Source: an uncultured Planctomycetaceae bacterium
GTDB lineage: Bacteria; Planctomycetota; Planctomycetia; Isosphaerales; Isosphaeraceae
Length of the DNA stretch: 64,000 nucleotides
Assembly (NCBI GenBank): GCA_963833985.1
Contig: CAWIAD010000002.1
Span: 3,040,001 to 3,104,000, forward strand
Direction: 5' to 3'
The position numbers were made by a program, and so were the translations under genes. This document shows positions 31,569 through 42,417 of the stretch, one piece after another (the first letter of the stretch is position 1; every line of letters begins with the position of its first letter). Under the pieces are notes generated by a model, which searched no databases, was not told where the DNA came from, and worked only from the letters and a program-made list of their open reading frames with translations.

Positions 31569-31994
31569 TCAATCGTCGGACGATCCCAGCGAACGCCGGT
31601 GCGCCTTGGTCTCACTTTGCTGCCGCTTGGACTCGAGCCGGCGCTTCCGCGACGCGTGGGTTGGCCGGGTCTGCCGGCGTGGCGTGGGACGCTCACAGGC
31701 CTTCCGGATCAGCTCCACCAGGCGGTCGATCGCATCGCGCCGGTTCGCTTCCTGAGTCCGCCGGGCGCGGGCGTGGATGGTCAGGCAGCCGTCGCTGCCG
31801 ATCCTCTTGCCTGCCAGGTGCACCAGCCGCTGGCGCACCTCCTCCGGCAGGGAGGGAGAGTTTGCGACGTGAAAGCTGAGTCGCACCGCCGTGGAGACCT
31901 TGTTGACGTTCTGGCCCCCGGGCCCCGATGCCCGGATGAACTCGAATTCAAGCTCCGATTCCTCCAGGGCGACGCGGTCGGTGATCGGGATCAT
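31569..31994 (-). CDS. arfB: Alternative ribosome rescue factor B
   Basis: ASGPGGQNVNKVSTAV (GGQ motif) and basic C-terminal tail. Confidence 0.92.
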   Translation of the reverse strand: MIPITDRVALEESELEFEFIRASGPGGQNVNKVSTAVRLSFHVANSPSLPEEVRQRLVHLAGKRIGSDGCLTIHARARRTQEANRRDAIDRLVELIRKACERPTPRRQTRPTHASRKRRLESKRQQSETKAHRRSLGSSDD

Positions 31995-32466
31995 GGCAGC
32001 ATTTCCATCTCGGACACGGCCAGAGCGGCGCGGGGGCCATTCGAGCCGGCGGGACGTCCTTGCAAGGGCATCCTCGCGACCCGCGGCCGGGCGTTCCGCC
32101 AGCCGTTCTCGATTCCTGCCCCGCCTGGCTCGCCGCCCGATCATCGGCTGCATGCGTCCTGCATTCAACCCCGGAATCCCTTCATCCATTCTTCATGTCG
32201 CGTTGTTAGAATTGGATCTTCTTGTCGGGCAGCGGCTCGGACCCGGGCGAGTCGGCGACTGGTGACCGATTTCGGACCGTGGCGGGATTCCGTAAACTAG
32301 GGCTCAGGATGAGCTTTCCCGCACGGCGAGGCCGTGCCGCAAGCCCTATGCGAGACCGGTGATGGAGCCTGCGAGGTTCGTTGAGCAGACGGCATCGAGC
32401 GCTCTTGCCGGTCCAGCATCTTGCGCTGGACAGACAAACTCTCCTGCAAACGAGAAAGAGATCCCG

Positions 32467-33513
32467 ATGTTGTCGATGCCCGGAAAACTGGCGTGCGCCG
32501 GTCTGGTACTGGCGGGTCTTGCGCTTGGCGGCTGCGGAGCAACCAGTGAGACGGACACGGCCGGCGGTCCCAAGGGAAGCAAGGCAGCCGCGGCTGTGGT
32601 GGTGGACGGTTCCAGCACCGTCTACCGGATCAGCAAGGCCGCCCAGGAAGCGTTCGAGGCGATTAACCCGGAAATCACCGTGGTGGTCGATAATCATTCC
32701 ACCGGCGGCGGGTTCAGCCGTTACCTTCAGGGCGAGGTCGATATCGTGGACGCCTCGCGCACGGCCAAGCCGGACGAGGAGTCCAAGGCCAAGGCCCAGG
32801 GGATCGAGTGGACGAGATTCCTGGTCGGGTATGACGGCATCACCGTGGCGGTGAACCCCAAGAACACATTCGTCGAGTCGCTCTCGGTCGATCAGCTCAA
32901 GAAGCTCTGGCAGCCCGGTTCGTCTGTCAAGACATGGAAAGACCTGGATCCCTCGTGGCCCGACCGCAAGGTCATCCTCTACTCGCCCGACAATGACTCG
33001 GGAACGTTCGAGTTCTTCACGGAGGCGATCGTCGGCAAGGCGAAGTCCCAGCGCGACGGCGTGCAGCAGAGCGCTGACGACAACACGCTGGTGAACGGCG
33101 TGGCCAATGATGACGACGGCATCGGGTACTTCGGCTACGCTTACTACGCGGCCAACAAGGAGCGGCTGAAGGCGGTCGCGGTGCAGAACGGTGCCGATGC
33201 CAGGCCCTTGCTGCCCAGCCCGGAGACGATTGCCAACAAGAGCTACGCACCGCTCTCGCGCCCGCTCTTCATTTATGTCAAGAACTCGGCCGCGCGGCGC
33301 CCGGAGGTCAAGCAGTTCCTCAGCTACTATCTCGACAACATCGAGAAGCTCGCGGTCAAGGGCGGCTATGATCCGCCGACTCCGGAAGAGGCGAAGGCCA
33401 ACGGCGAGATTCTCTCGAAGCTTTACGGCGGAGCCGGGCCCGCGGCTGCGGCGCCCGCTGGCACAGCGCATGCCGAGAGCCCGGCAACCGGCGCGCCGGC
33501 GGCTGGTAAGTGA
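32467..33513 (+). CDS. pstS: Phosphate ABC transporter substrate-binding lipoprotein
   Basis: Lipobox LGGC; VDGSSTV, STGGG, DSGTFEFF, YAPLSRPLFIY. Confidence 0.93.
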   Translation: MLSMPGKLACAGLVLAGLALGGCGATSETDTAGGPKGSKAAAAVVVDGSSTVYRISKAAQEAFEAINPEITVVVDNHSTGGGFSRYLQGEVDIVDASRTAKPDEESKAKAQGIEWTRFLVGYDGITVAVNPKNTFVESLSVDQLKKLWQPGSSVKTWKDLDPSWPDRKVILYSPDNDSGTFEFFTEAIVGKAKSQRDGVQQSADDNTLVNGVANDDDGIGYFGYAYYAANKERLKAVAVQNGADARPLLPSPETIANKSYAPLSRPLFIYVKNSAARRPEVKQFLSYYLDNIEKLAVKGGYDPPTPEEAKANGEILSKLYGGAGPAAAAPAGTAHAESPATGAPAAGK

Positions 33514-33601
33514 GCCTGCCGCATGACCACTCTCGCACACGCTGGTTCGCCGCCGCCTCGATGGGCCAGGCGGTGAGCCGATCCTCCCCGGAGAACCGCG
33601 A

Positions 33602-34594
33602 GTGACCACGCCCGATCCATCGTCCGCCCCGTCGTCCGGGGCAGTGCTCAAGCCTGATGCGCGGGCCCAGCATGACCTCTGGTCGGGACATTCGCGGTTC
33701 TCGAACTTCTCGGAGCTCGCCATCGCTCTGGGGCTGGCTTTCTGTGCCCTGGTCACGGTCTTGACCACACTGGGCATCGTCATGGTTCTCAGTGCGCAGA
33801 CCCTCGAATTCTTCGTTCAGTCTCATGTCGGCATCTTTGAATTCCTGCTGGGAACCGAGCTCAAGCCAGAGGCCGAGCCGCCCAGGTTTGGTATTCTGCC
33901 GCTGGCCTGGGGAACCTTCGCAATCGCCTTCGGCTCATCGTGCCTGGCCTTGCCGATAGGGCTCCTGAGTGCAATCTATCTCAGCGAATACGCTCCGCGC
34001 AAGCTGCGCGCGGTTCTGAAACCGGCGCTGGAGCTGCTCGCGGGCATACCGACCATTGTTTACGGCTACCTGGCCCTGCTGCTGATCACCCCGGCACTCA
34101 AGGCGATCTTCGGGCCGATGGGCATCCGGGTGCCGCAATTCAACGCGCTGTCCGCCTGTATCGTCGTCGGCGTCATGATCATTCCGCTCGTCTCGTCGCT
34201 CAGCGAGGACGTCCTTTCCGCGGTCCCCCAGGGATTGCGCGAGGCCGCCTACGGGCTGGGAGCCACCAAGTTCGAGGTCTCAACCCGGATCGTGCTTCCC
34301 GCGGGGCTCTCCGGGGTGGTTGCCTCGTTCATCCTGGCGATCAGCCGGGCCGTCGGCGAGACCATGGCCGTGGTGCTGGCCGCAGGCATGCTGCCGCAGA
34401 TCACGCTCAACCCGCTCGACTCGCTCGAGACCATGACCACGTACATCGTCCAGGTGATCAGCGGCGAAGCTTCCTACGGCACTCCCAAGTATCTTTCGCT
34501 CTTTGCCGTGGGTCTGTCGCTCTTCGTCATCACCCTGGGCCTGAACATCATCTCGGGGCTGGTGCTGCGCCGCTATCGCGAGGTCTATCAATGA
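33602..34594 (+). CDS. pstC: Phosphate ABC transporter permease
   Basis: ELLAGIPTIVYG, EAAYGLGAT, SRAVGETM. Confidence 0.93.
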   Translation: MTTPDPSSAPSSGAVLKPDARAQHDLWSGHSRFSNFSELAIALGLAFCALVTVLTTLGIVMVLSAQTLEFFVQSHVGIFEFLLGTELKPEAEPPRFGILPLAWGTFAIAFGSSCLALPIGLLSAIYLSEYAPRKLRAVLKPALELLAGIPTIVYGYLALLLITPALKAIFGPMGIRVPQFNALSACIVVGVMIIPLVSSLSEDVLSAVPQGLREAAYGLGATKFEVSTRIVLPAGLSGVVASFILAISRAVGETMAVVLAAGMLPQITLNPLDSLETMTTYIVQVISGEASYGTPKYLSLFAVGLSLFVITLGLNIISGLVLRRYREVYQ

Positions 34595-35538
34595 GCGTGA
34601 CCGCTGCACCGCTGTTCCGGCCGCACCGCATGGTTCGCAGCCTGCTGGGTCCCGTTTTCGGCGTCGCCTGCTTGCTGGCCACGCTCACCGGAGTGGTGGT
34701 GCTGCTGGTGCTCATGGGCTCCATCCTCTTCGCCGCGCTTTCGGGGAAACCAGAAAACCCCTGGTACGCGATCACGGCGAACCTGCGTGAGCTCTGGGGT
34801 CTCCTGAGCGCCGTCGCGGTGCGACCCCCGGCGACAGATCCCCAGAACGCCGGGTTCCGGGGAGGCATCATCGGCAGTCTCTGGCTGCTTGGACTGGTGA
34901 CTGCCATGGCAATTCCCGTGGGCGTCGGGGCAGGCGTCTACCTCGAGGAATACGCGCCCCCGGGACGGCTCAGGCGCATCATCCAGACGAACATCGCGAA
35001 CCTGGCCGGAGTTCCTTCGATCGTCTATGGCATCCTCGGACTGGCCCTCTTCGTGCGCGCATTCGGCGTGAAGTCCCTGGCGCTGGGATCTTCCCTGCTG
35101 GCCGGCGCCCTGACGCTCAGCCTGCTCATCCTGCCGATCATCGTGATCACCACCCAGGAGGCGCTGCGGACGGTTCCCTCGTCGCTCCGCCAGGCGGCCC
35201 TTGCGCTGGGGGCAACCCGCTGGCAGATGATCGTCGGGCATGTGCTGCCCTCGGCACTTCCCGGCATCATGACTGGCACGATCCTCGGCTTGTCCCGTGC
35301 CATCGGCGAGACCGCACCGCTGCTCATGGTGGGCGCGGCCGGAAGTCTCTTCAAGCTGCCGAAGGGCCCCATGGATCGCTACACCGCGCTGCCGGTGGAG
35401 ATTTATAACTACGCCAAGGAGCCCGCCAGAGCGTTCCAGGTTGTCTCCGCCGGCGGCATCATCATCCTGCTCATCCTGCTGCTTTCAATGAACGCGGCCG
35501 CCATCCTCATTCGCAACCGTTTCCGGCGCTACCAGTAA
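34591..35538 (+). CDS. pstA: Phosphate ABC transporter permease
   Basis: [31 protein letters not shown] overlap with pstC. Confidence 0.93.
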   Translation: MSVTAAPLFRPHRMVRSLLGPVFGVACLLATLTGVVVLLVLMGSILFAALSGKPENPWYAITANLRELWGLLSAVAVRPPATDPQNAGFRGGIIGSLWLLGLVTAMAIPVGVGAGVYLEEYAPPGRLRRIIQTNIANLAGVPSIVYGILGLALFVRAFGVKSLALGSSLLAGALTLSLLILPIIVITTQEALRTVPSSLRQAALALGATRWQMIVGHVLPSALPGIMTGTILGLSRAIGETAPLLMVGAAGSLFKLPKGPMDRYTALPVEIYNYAKEPARAFQVVSAGGIIILLILLLSMNAAAILIRNRFRRYQ

Positions 35539-35554
35539 TTCCGGCCGCATTCCC

Positions 35555-36433
35555 ATGAGCGAAAGCGACCCTTTATTTATGAATGCCACTGAGCCTCTCA
35601 TCCAGTCCACCCCCGCGCCTTCCGGGGCCGCGGCTCCGGCCGGCGATGTCCCGTCCATGGTCCTCACCACCCGGAGCCTCTCGGTCTGGTATGGCCAGGC
35701 GCTGGCTCTGCGCGAGATCTCCATCGACATCCCGCGGAACAAGATCACCGCGCTCATCGGCCCTTCCGGCTGCGGCAAGAGTACGCTGCTGCGCTGCTTC
35801 AACCGCATGAACGACCTGATCCCCGGCACTCACATGGAAGGTGACATCCGCTTTGACGGCGACCTCATCTCCACGCCCGGCACCGACGCGGTCTCTCTGC
35901 GACGGCGCATCGGCATGGTCTTCCAGAAGCCGAACCCTTTCCCCAAGAGCATCTACAACAATATTGCCTGGGGCGCGCGGATCAACGGCTACCAGGGCGA
36001 CATGGACGAACTGGTGGAGCGATCGCTCCGCCGCGCTGCCCTCTGGGACGAGGTGAAGAACAAGCTCCATCGCTCGGGACTGGAGCTCTCCGGCGGCCAG
36101 CAGCAACGGCTCTGCATCGCTCGCACCCTGGCCGTCGAGCCCGAGGTCATCCTCATGGACGAGCCCTGTTCGGCGCTCGACCCGGTCTCCACGGCGCGCG
36201 TCGAGGACCTCATGGACGACCTCAAGGCCGACTACACCATCCTCGTGGTCACACACAACATGCAGCAGGCGCACCGCGTCAGCGACTTGACCGCCTGCCT
36301 GATGCTCGACGAGACGGTCTCCGCCGACGTTCATCGCACCGGCATCCTCGCCGAGTTCAGCCCCACCGACATCCTCTTCACCAACCCCAAGGACAAGCGC
36401 ACGGAAGCCTACATCACCGGCCGTATCGGCTGA
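35555..36433 (+). CDS. pstB: Phosphate ABC transporter ATPase
   Basis: [37 protein letters not shown]. Confidence 0.95.
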   Translation: MSESDPLFMNATEPLIQSTPAPSGAAAPAGDVPSMVLTTRSLSVWYGQALALREISIDIPRNKITALIGPSGCGKSTLLRCFNRMNDLIPGTHMEGDIRFDGDLISTPGTDAVSLRRRIGMVFQKPNPFPKSIYNNIAWGARINGYQGDMDELVERSLRRAALWDEVKNKLHRSGLELSGGQQQRLCIARTLAVEPEVILMDEPCSALDPVSTARVEDLMDDLKADYTILVVTHNMQQAHRVSDLTACLMLDETVSADVHRTGILAEFSPTDILFTNPKDKRTEAYITGRIG

Positions 36434-36443
36434 GGCAATCACC

Positions 36444-38183
36444 ATGACATGGCTCCTGCGACGAAGCCGGGCTGCTTTGCGATTTTTTGCCTCTCTGACC
36501 ATCGTCCTGAACGCCGGCGGAGTCTCTTCCCGGGCGGCCGAGCCCCCTGGTCTACCTTTTCCCGAGCGCTGGGTCTATTGCAGCACCAACCTGCTGGTCG
36601 ATCAGCAGGTCGAGCGCTTGCTCGAACTGATCGAACGCGCTCGCAAGAGCGGCTACACCGCGATCATGCTGGCCGACTACAAGTTCCAGATCCTCGACCG
36701 CATGGAGGAGCGTTACTTCCGCAATGCCGAGCGGGTCAAGGCGGCCGCAGCCCGAGCGAAGATCGAGATCATCCCGGCCGTCTGTAGCATTGGCTACAGC
36801 AACGGCATCCTGGCGCACGACCCGAACCTGGCCGAAGGGATCGTGGCGCACGACATCCCGCACAGGGTCAGCCACGGCGCCGGGGTGCTCGAGGAGCTTC
36901 CCGAGGCACACATCCAGAACGGCGGCTTCGAGCAGGCCAGCGCGCACAGGTTCGCGGGCTTCGGATTTCAGGACGACCCGGGCAAGTCCACCAGCGCCGA
37001 CGCAGAAGTGGTGCACGGCGGGCGGTTCTCGTGCCGGGTCGAGCCGGGCAAGAACACACAGGGAGGAGGCAACGCGCGCCGTGACCCAGACCGTGAAGGT
37101 GCGGCCGCACGCCTGCTACCGGATCTCGTGCTGGGTGAAGTCGCGGCGCTCAGCTCGCCCGGCTCGTTCCACTTGCTGGCCCTGGGGGCCAGCGGACGCT
37201 CCCTTACCTTCCAGGAAGGCGGACTCGAGCCGACGACCGGATGGAAGAAAGTCTCCGTCGTGTTCAATACGCTCGATCAGAGCGCCGTGAACATCTATGC
37301 GGGATACTGGGGCGACGGCACGGGCACGCTCTGGCTCGACGACCTCAAGCTCGAGGAGCTGTCGCTGCTCAACGTCCTGAGGCGCAAGGGCTGTCCCTTC
37401 GAGGTCAAGTCTTCCGACGGCAAGATGATCTATCACGAGGGGCGAGACTACCTGCCCGTTGCCGATCCCAGGCTGGGGCAGGTTCCCTTCGCCGGCGAGT
37501 TCGACAACGACCACGAGAGCCCGCGCCTCGAGATGGCCCCCCGGTCGCGCATCCGGGAAGGCCAGCGCCTGCTGATGAGCTGGTACCACCCGTTCCTCAC
37601 GCTCGACTCGCAGGTGATGTGCTGCCTGAGCGACCCGCAGGTCATGGAGATCGTGCGTGACCAGGCAAGCCGGGTGAATGCCCTCTTTCACCCCCGAACC
37701 TTCTTCATGTCGCATGACGAGATCCGCTTCGCCAACTGGTGCCGCGACTGCCAGGACCGCAAGCAGACACCCGGGCAGATGCTGGCACAGAACGTTCAGG
37801 ACTGCGCGGCGATCCTCAGGAAGATCAACCCGCAAGCCCGGATCGTGGTCTGGTCAGACATGTTCGACCCGCACCACAACGCCATCGACCACTACTATCT
37901 CGTCAACGGCACGCTCAAGGGCTCGTGGGCGGGCCTGCCGCGCGACGCGATCATCGCCAACTGGAATAGCGGCAAGGCCCGCGAGAGCCTGAACTGGTTC
38001 GCCAGCCAGGGTCATCGCCAGGTCATCGCCGGCTATTACGACTCGGACGACCTGGCCGGCCTGGAAGCCTGGAAGTCCGCCGCCCGCGGCGTGGACGGCG
38101 TCTTCGGCTTCATGTACACCACCTGGGCGTCGCGTTACGGCATGCTGGAACGCTACGGCGAGGAGCTCGGGAAGAGCCGCTGA
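36444..38183 (+). CDS. Exported GH20-like/TIM-barrel protein with a CBM-like insert
   Basis: IQNGGFE...LWLDDL CBM4/9-like segment; SHDEIR and VWSDMF; probable pair of compensating frameshifts at ~37078-37145. Confidence 0.7.
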   Translation: MTWLLRRSRAALRFFASLTIVLNAGGVSSRAAEPPGLPFPERWVYCSTNLLVDQQVERLLELIERARKSGYTAIMLADYKFQILDRMEERYFRNAERVKAAAARAKIEIIPAVCSIGYSNGILAHDPNLAEGIVAHDIPHRVSHGAGVLEELPEAHIQNGGFEQASAHRFAGFGFQDDPGKSTSADAEVVHGGRFSCRVEPGKNTQGGGNARRDPDREGAAARLLPDLVLGEVAALSSPGSFHLLALGASGRSLTFQEGGLEPTTGWKKVSVVFNTLDQSAVNIYAGYWGDGTGTLWLDDLKLEELSLLNVLRRKGCPFEVKSSDGKMIYHEGRDYLPVADPRLGQVPFAGEFDNDHESPRLEMAPRSRIREGQRLLMSWYHPFLTLDSQVMCCLSDPQVMEIVRDQASRVNALFHPRTFFMSHDEIRFANWCRDCQDRKQTPGQMLAQNVQDCAAILRKINPQARIVVWSDMFDPHHNAIDHYYLVNGTLKGSWAGLPRDAIIANWNSGKARESLNWFASQGHRQVIAGYYDSDDLAGLEAWKSAARGVDGVFGFMYTTWASRYGMLERYGEELGKSR

Positions 38184-38198
38184 CCGGTCTACCGGGCT

Positions 38199-39321
38199 TC
38201 AGTGCTCCCCCGCATTCCCGGTACGCGTCATCCGCCGTTCTCCATCGCCCACCCGGAAGATGGCCCCGGTCACCCGCCCTTCTCGGTCCTTCTCGAATGT
38301 GAGCTGACCGTCGGTGCGAGGCATGAAAAAGAGCGTGTCGGAGACCGGATCAACCCGCACTGGGATCTCCCGGAACGGCAGCTTGATGAGCAGGTGTCCG
38401 CCCTCCGGCCGGATCGAGAACTGCAAGTCGCCCGGCTTCGCTCCGGCCGAATACTGCCCGGCATAGGCGGCCAGTGCGTCGGAAGAGAGGGTGACGATGT
38501 CCGGGCGCTTCAGGTCCTCGGCCGAGGGTGCGGGCCGCTCGGGCAGGTCGCGCACCCAGATGTTCCGGAACCGCACGCGATGGCCATGGTCCTGAAGCTC
38601 GATGGGTCCACGCTCCACCCTGGGATCGTAATCGTTCGGCTCCAGCCACGACGTCTGCCCCCAGGGCTCCTCGTTGTTCTGGACCAGGATGCCGTTCAGG
38701 AACACCGTGATTCGCGCGGGCTCGTGCAGCTTGCCGCCGGCATCGAACCGCGGCCGGCGGAACGCGATGTCGTAAGTCTGCCACCGGCCCGGCGGCCGCG
38801 CCGCGTTCGCCAGCGGCGGGTACTGACCGTAAATGGACCCCACGTACCCGTCGGCGTACGTGTCGGCATGATAGGAATCGATCACCTGGATCTCGAACTG
38901 GCCCATCAGGAAGATGCCGCTGTTGCCACGGTCCTGCCCCTTGCCGACGGGAGGATCCGGCGCGGCCCACTCGACGTGCAACTGCATATCGCCGAACTTT
39001 GTCCTGGTCTGGATGCCCCCCGCGCCGGGAACGACCTCGAAGTAGCCCTGCTTCACGGCCCAGCGCCGGCCTGCCGTCGCTGCCCTGCCAGGCGTTCAGA
39101 TTCGAGCCGTCGAAGAGCACCGTGGCATCGCCGGGTGCGGTGCCGGCGCGCGCATCCTCGCTTGCCGGTTCAACAACGGGTGGCCTGGGGCGCCGGATGT
39201 CGTGCTGCCGCCAGTGCGGGGGCGCCGGCTCGTCCGCTGCGAAGGCCGCCGTCGCGGCGATCGGCAGACTGATGCTGAAAACGAGCCAGTGAGCTACGCT
39301 TCGAGTCGGTCGCGCAGGCAT
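38199..39321 (-). CDS. DUF1080 (3-keto-disaccharide hydrolase-like) protein with C-terminal DUF3471-like domain, frameshift near 39062
   Basis: APGDATVLFDG, FGDMQLHVEW, GNSGIFL, WQTYDIAF, LQDHG, FRNIWVR split across two frames. Confidence 0.85.
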
Positions 39322-39404
39322 GACATCGGTCCTCAAAGGGGTAAACGCGCGGTACCGCACGCGGGATGGGCAGACCTAAAAGCTTAGCGTCTTTCCCGGC
39401 CGAC

Positions 39405-40703
39405 TCAACGGCCTGCTCCGCCCGCCGGCTCGTCGGAGAGTGGACCGAGGTATGCCCGGCCGCGCAGCGCCTCCGGCAAGCAGGACATCTGCTCGCGGGC
39501 CTGCGGGTCATCATGAACATAGCGATATCCCTGCCCGTAGCCGACCCGTTTCATGAGCGGCGTGACGGCGTTCCGCAGGTGATGAGGAACCGGTTCGCGG
39601 CTGGTCCTGGCGGCGTCGGCCGCGGCCGCGGTATACGCCCGCAGCACGGCGTTCGACTTGGGGGCTCCGGCCAGGTAGATGGTCGCCTGCGCCAGCGGGA
39701 AGAGCCCCTCCGGCATGCCGATGAGGTGGACAATCTGGGCCGCGGCCGCGGCCTGAACCATCGCCTGCGGGTCGGCCAGGCCAATGTCCTCGGACGCCAG
39801 GATGCATAGCCGCCGGGCGATGAACAAGGGGTCAGCACCGCCCTCGATCAACCGCGCCAGCCAGTACAGCGCAGCGTTCCCGTCCGAGTTTCGCAGGCTC
39901 TTGATGAGCGCAGAGATCAGGTTGTAGTGGTCCTCGCCCTGGCGATCGTACGCATACCGCGCGTGGCCCAGCGCCTCGACCAGCGCGGACTCGGTGACCT
40001 GCCTCGTTCCGTCGGCTCCAGCAGGAGCCGCCAGCACGGCGTCCTCGAGGGTTGTCAAGGCCACGCGGGCGTCGCCCTCGGCCCAGCCGGCGAGCTGCGC
40101 CAGCAGCTCGGGGGCGATCGCCGGCCGCAGACCTGCCAGCCCGCGCGGGGCGTCGGCCAGGGCGCGGTTCAGGATGAGCACGACCTCCTCGGCGGCCAGC
40201 GGCTCCAGCACGGCGACCCGGCAGCGCGACAGGAGCGCCGCGTTGACCTCGAACGACGGGTTCTCGGTGGTGGCCCCGATGAGGTGGACCGTGCCCTGCT
40301 CGACGGCGTGCAACAGGGCGTCCTGCTGGGCCTTGTTGAAGCGGTGGATCTCGTCGATGAAGAGGATGACGCGTTTTCCCCGGCGTCGCATCGAGCCCGC
40401 CTCGTCGATCGCCGCGCGGACCTCCTTGACGCCGGCAAGCACCGCCGAAAGCGCGATCAACCGGGCGCCGCTGGCCCGCGCTACCAGCCGCGCCAGCGTG
40501 GTCTTTCCCGTCCCTGGCGGCCCCCAAAGAATCAGCGACGGCAGCTTGCCGCCGGGGCCGAGGGCACGTGCCAGCACCGAATCGCCGCCCACGAGCGCGC
40601 TCTGCCCCACGAACTCCTCGAGCGAGCGGGGCCGCATCCGCTCCGCCAGCGGCGCGTCCGCCGCGATCACCGGCTCCTCGTCAGGAAGATCGAACAGGGT
40701 CAT
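39405..40703 (-). CDS. rarA: Replication-associated recombination protein A
   Basis: [54 protein letters not shown]. Confidence 0.95.
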   Translation of the reverse strand: MTLFDLPDEEPVIAADAPLAERMRPRSLEEFVGQSALVGGDSVLARALGPGGKLPSLILWGPPGTGKTTLARLVARASGARLIALSAVLAGVKEVRAAIDEAGSMRRRGKRVILFIDEIHRFNKAQQDALLHAVEQGTVHLIGATTENPSFEVNAALLSRCRVAVLEPLAAEEVVLILNRALADAPRGLAGLRPAIAPELLAQLAGWAEGDARVALTTLEDAVLAAPAGADGTRQVTESALVEALGHARYAYDRQGEDHYNLISALIKSLRNSDGNAALYWLARLIEGGADPLFIARRLCILASEDIGLADPQAMVQAAAAAQIVHLIGMPEGLFPLAQATIYLAGAPKSNAVLRAYTAAAADAARTSREPVPHHLRNAVTPLMKRVGYGQGYRYVHDDPQAREQMSCLPEALRGRAYLGPLSDEPAGGAGR

Positions 40704-40892
40704 CGGCTCATTCCTGGCCACGGAGCCATCCTCGGAAGGTGCAGGAAATGGAGGCCGGATCTTTACTGAGTTTGCGTACACATTATAGCGGATTGACTGC
40801 CAACGAGCCATCGTCGACAGGCGTGTCCGTCTGGCTGCCGTTTCACGGCCGCTCTTGCTTGCGCCACGGTGGTGTCGATCCATGCCCCTCGG

Positions 40893-40996
40893 AAATGGGT
40901 TCGTTCTCGCCGTGCTGCCATCGAAGCCATCGGACGTAACCCCTTTTGCAGATTGGTTTTCAACACGGTTTTTCGCGTTTTTGCCTGGGTTCGTTC
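40893..40996 (-). repeat. ~100-bp dispersed element, copy C
   Basis: On the minus strand CGAACCCA occurs twice, 90 bp apart, with inverted TGGCTTCG 26 bp before the second, the same geometry as copy A. Confidence 0.6.
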
Positions 40997-41857
40997 ATCG
41001 TTATTCCGCATGCCGATCCCTCGCCAGACCCTGTCAAGCCGACCTGATACCAGGCGGACCGCCGCCCGCCGGCGCGGCGCCGGACTTCCCCCCTGGCGGC
41101 GCGCCGGTCCGTGCAAACTACCGAAATGCCAAGGAGCCGGCGCGGTACGCCGTCACTATTGAGTCTACGGTGCAAACGCCGGGAATCCTGGGAACCAGCA
41201 CACGGTTTCTCTCCCTGTGCCGGCGCGGTTGGGTCCTTCCATCTCAGGTGACGCATGCGTCGGCTCGAATCGCTTGCGGCCCCGGGGTTGAATTGCGGCG
41301 CGTTCACGATGGGAATCATGGCCCCCGAACGAAAGTCCGCGCTCGTTGAGTTCAGGGCTGCGGGCTAACGACGGTGCGTCGTCGCTCGGATCGACTCACC
41401 CGACGGTTTCAGCTTCCGGGCCTGGCCGATCCCGTGATCCCCGCCCGACCCCCCTCGATCGCATCGTCGCCGCGGCCCCCGACCCGAAATACGTCACGTT
41501 CATCCACCCCGCAGCCGTCCAGGGCCGTCACGGACTTCGCGCGGCTCGCCGCCAGCTTGAACCAGCGCCGCCTCGAAATCCCCTGCTGTTGCTGAAGAGC
41601 CGTGGAATCTCTGACAATTGTAGAGGGGATGGTTGCCTCGCGGAGAGATTCGCAGTGTTTCGGACGTGTCTCCGCGACGCAACCATCTTCTCCCTCGGGT
41701 TTTCGGGCAAGTTTCCTGCCCTCCGGTACACCTATATCTTAAAGAATTAATGGTCTTTCGTAAGTACCTACGGACATGCAACTTGCGGCGTCAACCATAT
41801 CAGGGCGTGTCGAGCGCAGCGACGACGCACCGATTTTGCGTTCCTGGGATCCTCCCT

Positions 41858-42127
41858 GGTCGGGCTCACGCCCGAGGTTGGAGGCTGCGCCCGTGAAAAC
41901 CACGTGCTAACGCACGTGGCCATGTGCCGCGGAGTCCATGGCGCTGACGCACGTGGCCATGTGCCGCGGACGCCAGGGCGCTCGCGCACGTGGGCATGCG
42001 CTACGAAAGCCGGGACCGGCGGACCGGCGCCGGGGCCTTGCGTGCGATGCGGCGACGTGCAGGTCGGGCTTACGCCCGAGGTTGGAGGCTGCACCCGTGA
42101 AAACCACGCGCTGACGCACGTGGTCAT
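41858..42127. repeat. REP-like hairpin cluster with two ~66-bp direct repeats
   Basis: GGTCGGGCT(C/T)ACGCCCGAGGTTGGAGGCTGC(G/A)CCCGTGAAAACCACG... at 41858 and 42062; four CCA...GCACGTGG hairpin-like units. Confidence 0.7.
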
Positions 42128-42417
42128 CCGGCCTGGACTCCGTGGTGCTGGCGTCCGAGGTCATCCGACTTGAAAGAAAGAGAGGGCGACCGTCCGGGTA
42201 GGTATCTGTCCCTGTAGGATGAGTATGCTGTACCCGGAACCCGACGCGCAAGAGGTGAGCCGAGGGGCAACTCGCCGCTATACTCGATGGTGAGCGAGGG
42301 GCCCGAGGATGACAGGGAATGAAACGATCACGATGAGCCGGCCGGGTGAGATGAGGAACGCCCAGCGCGCGGCCGCCTGGCCTCCGCGTTGAAAAGACGG
42401 TTCTCAAGGAGCCAGTT

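Noticed and set aside
41000..42400. Riboswitch, tRNA or ncRNA in the long rarA-sialidase intergenic region
   Set aside because: No recognisable conserved RNA motif; needs an Infernal/Rfam search
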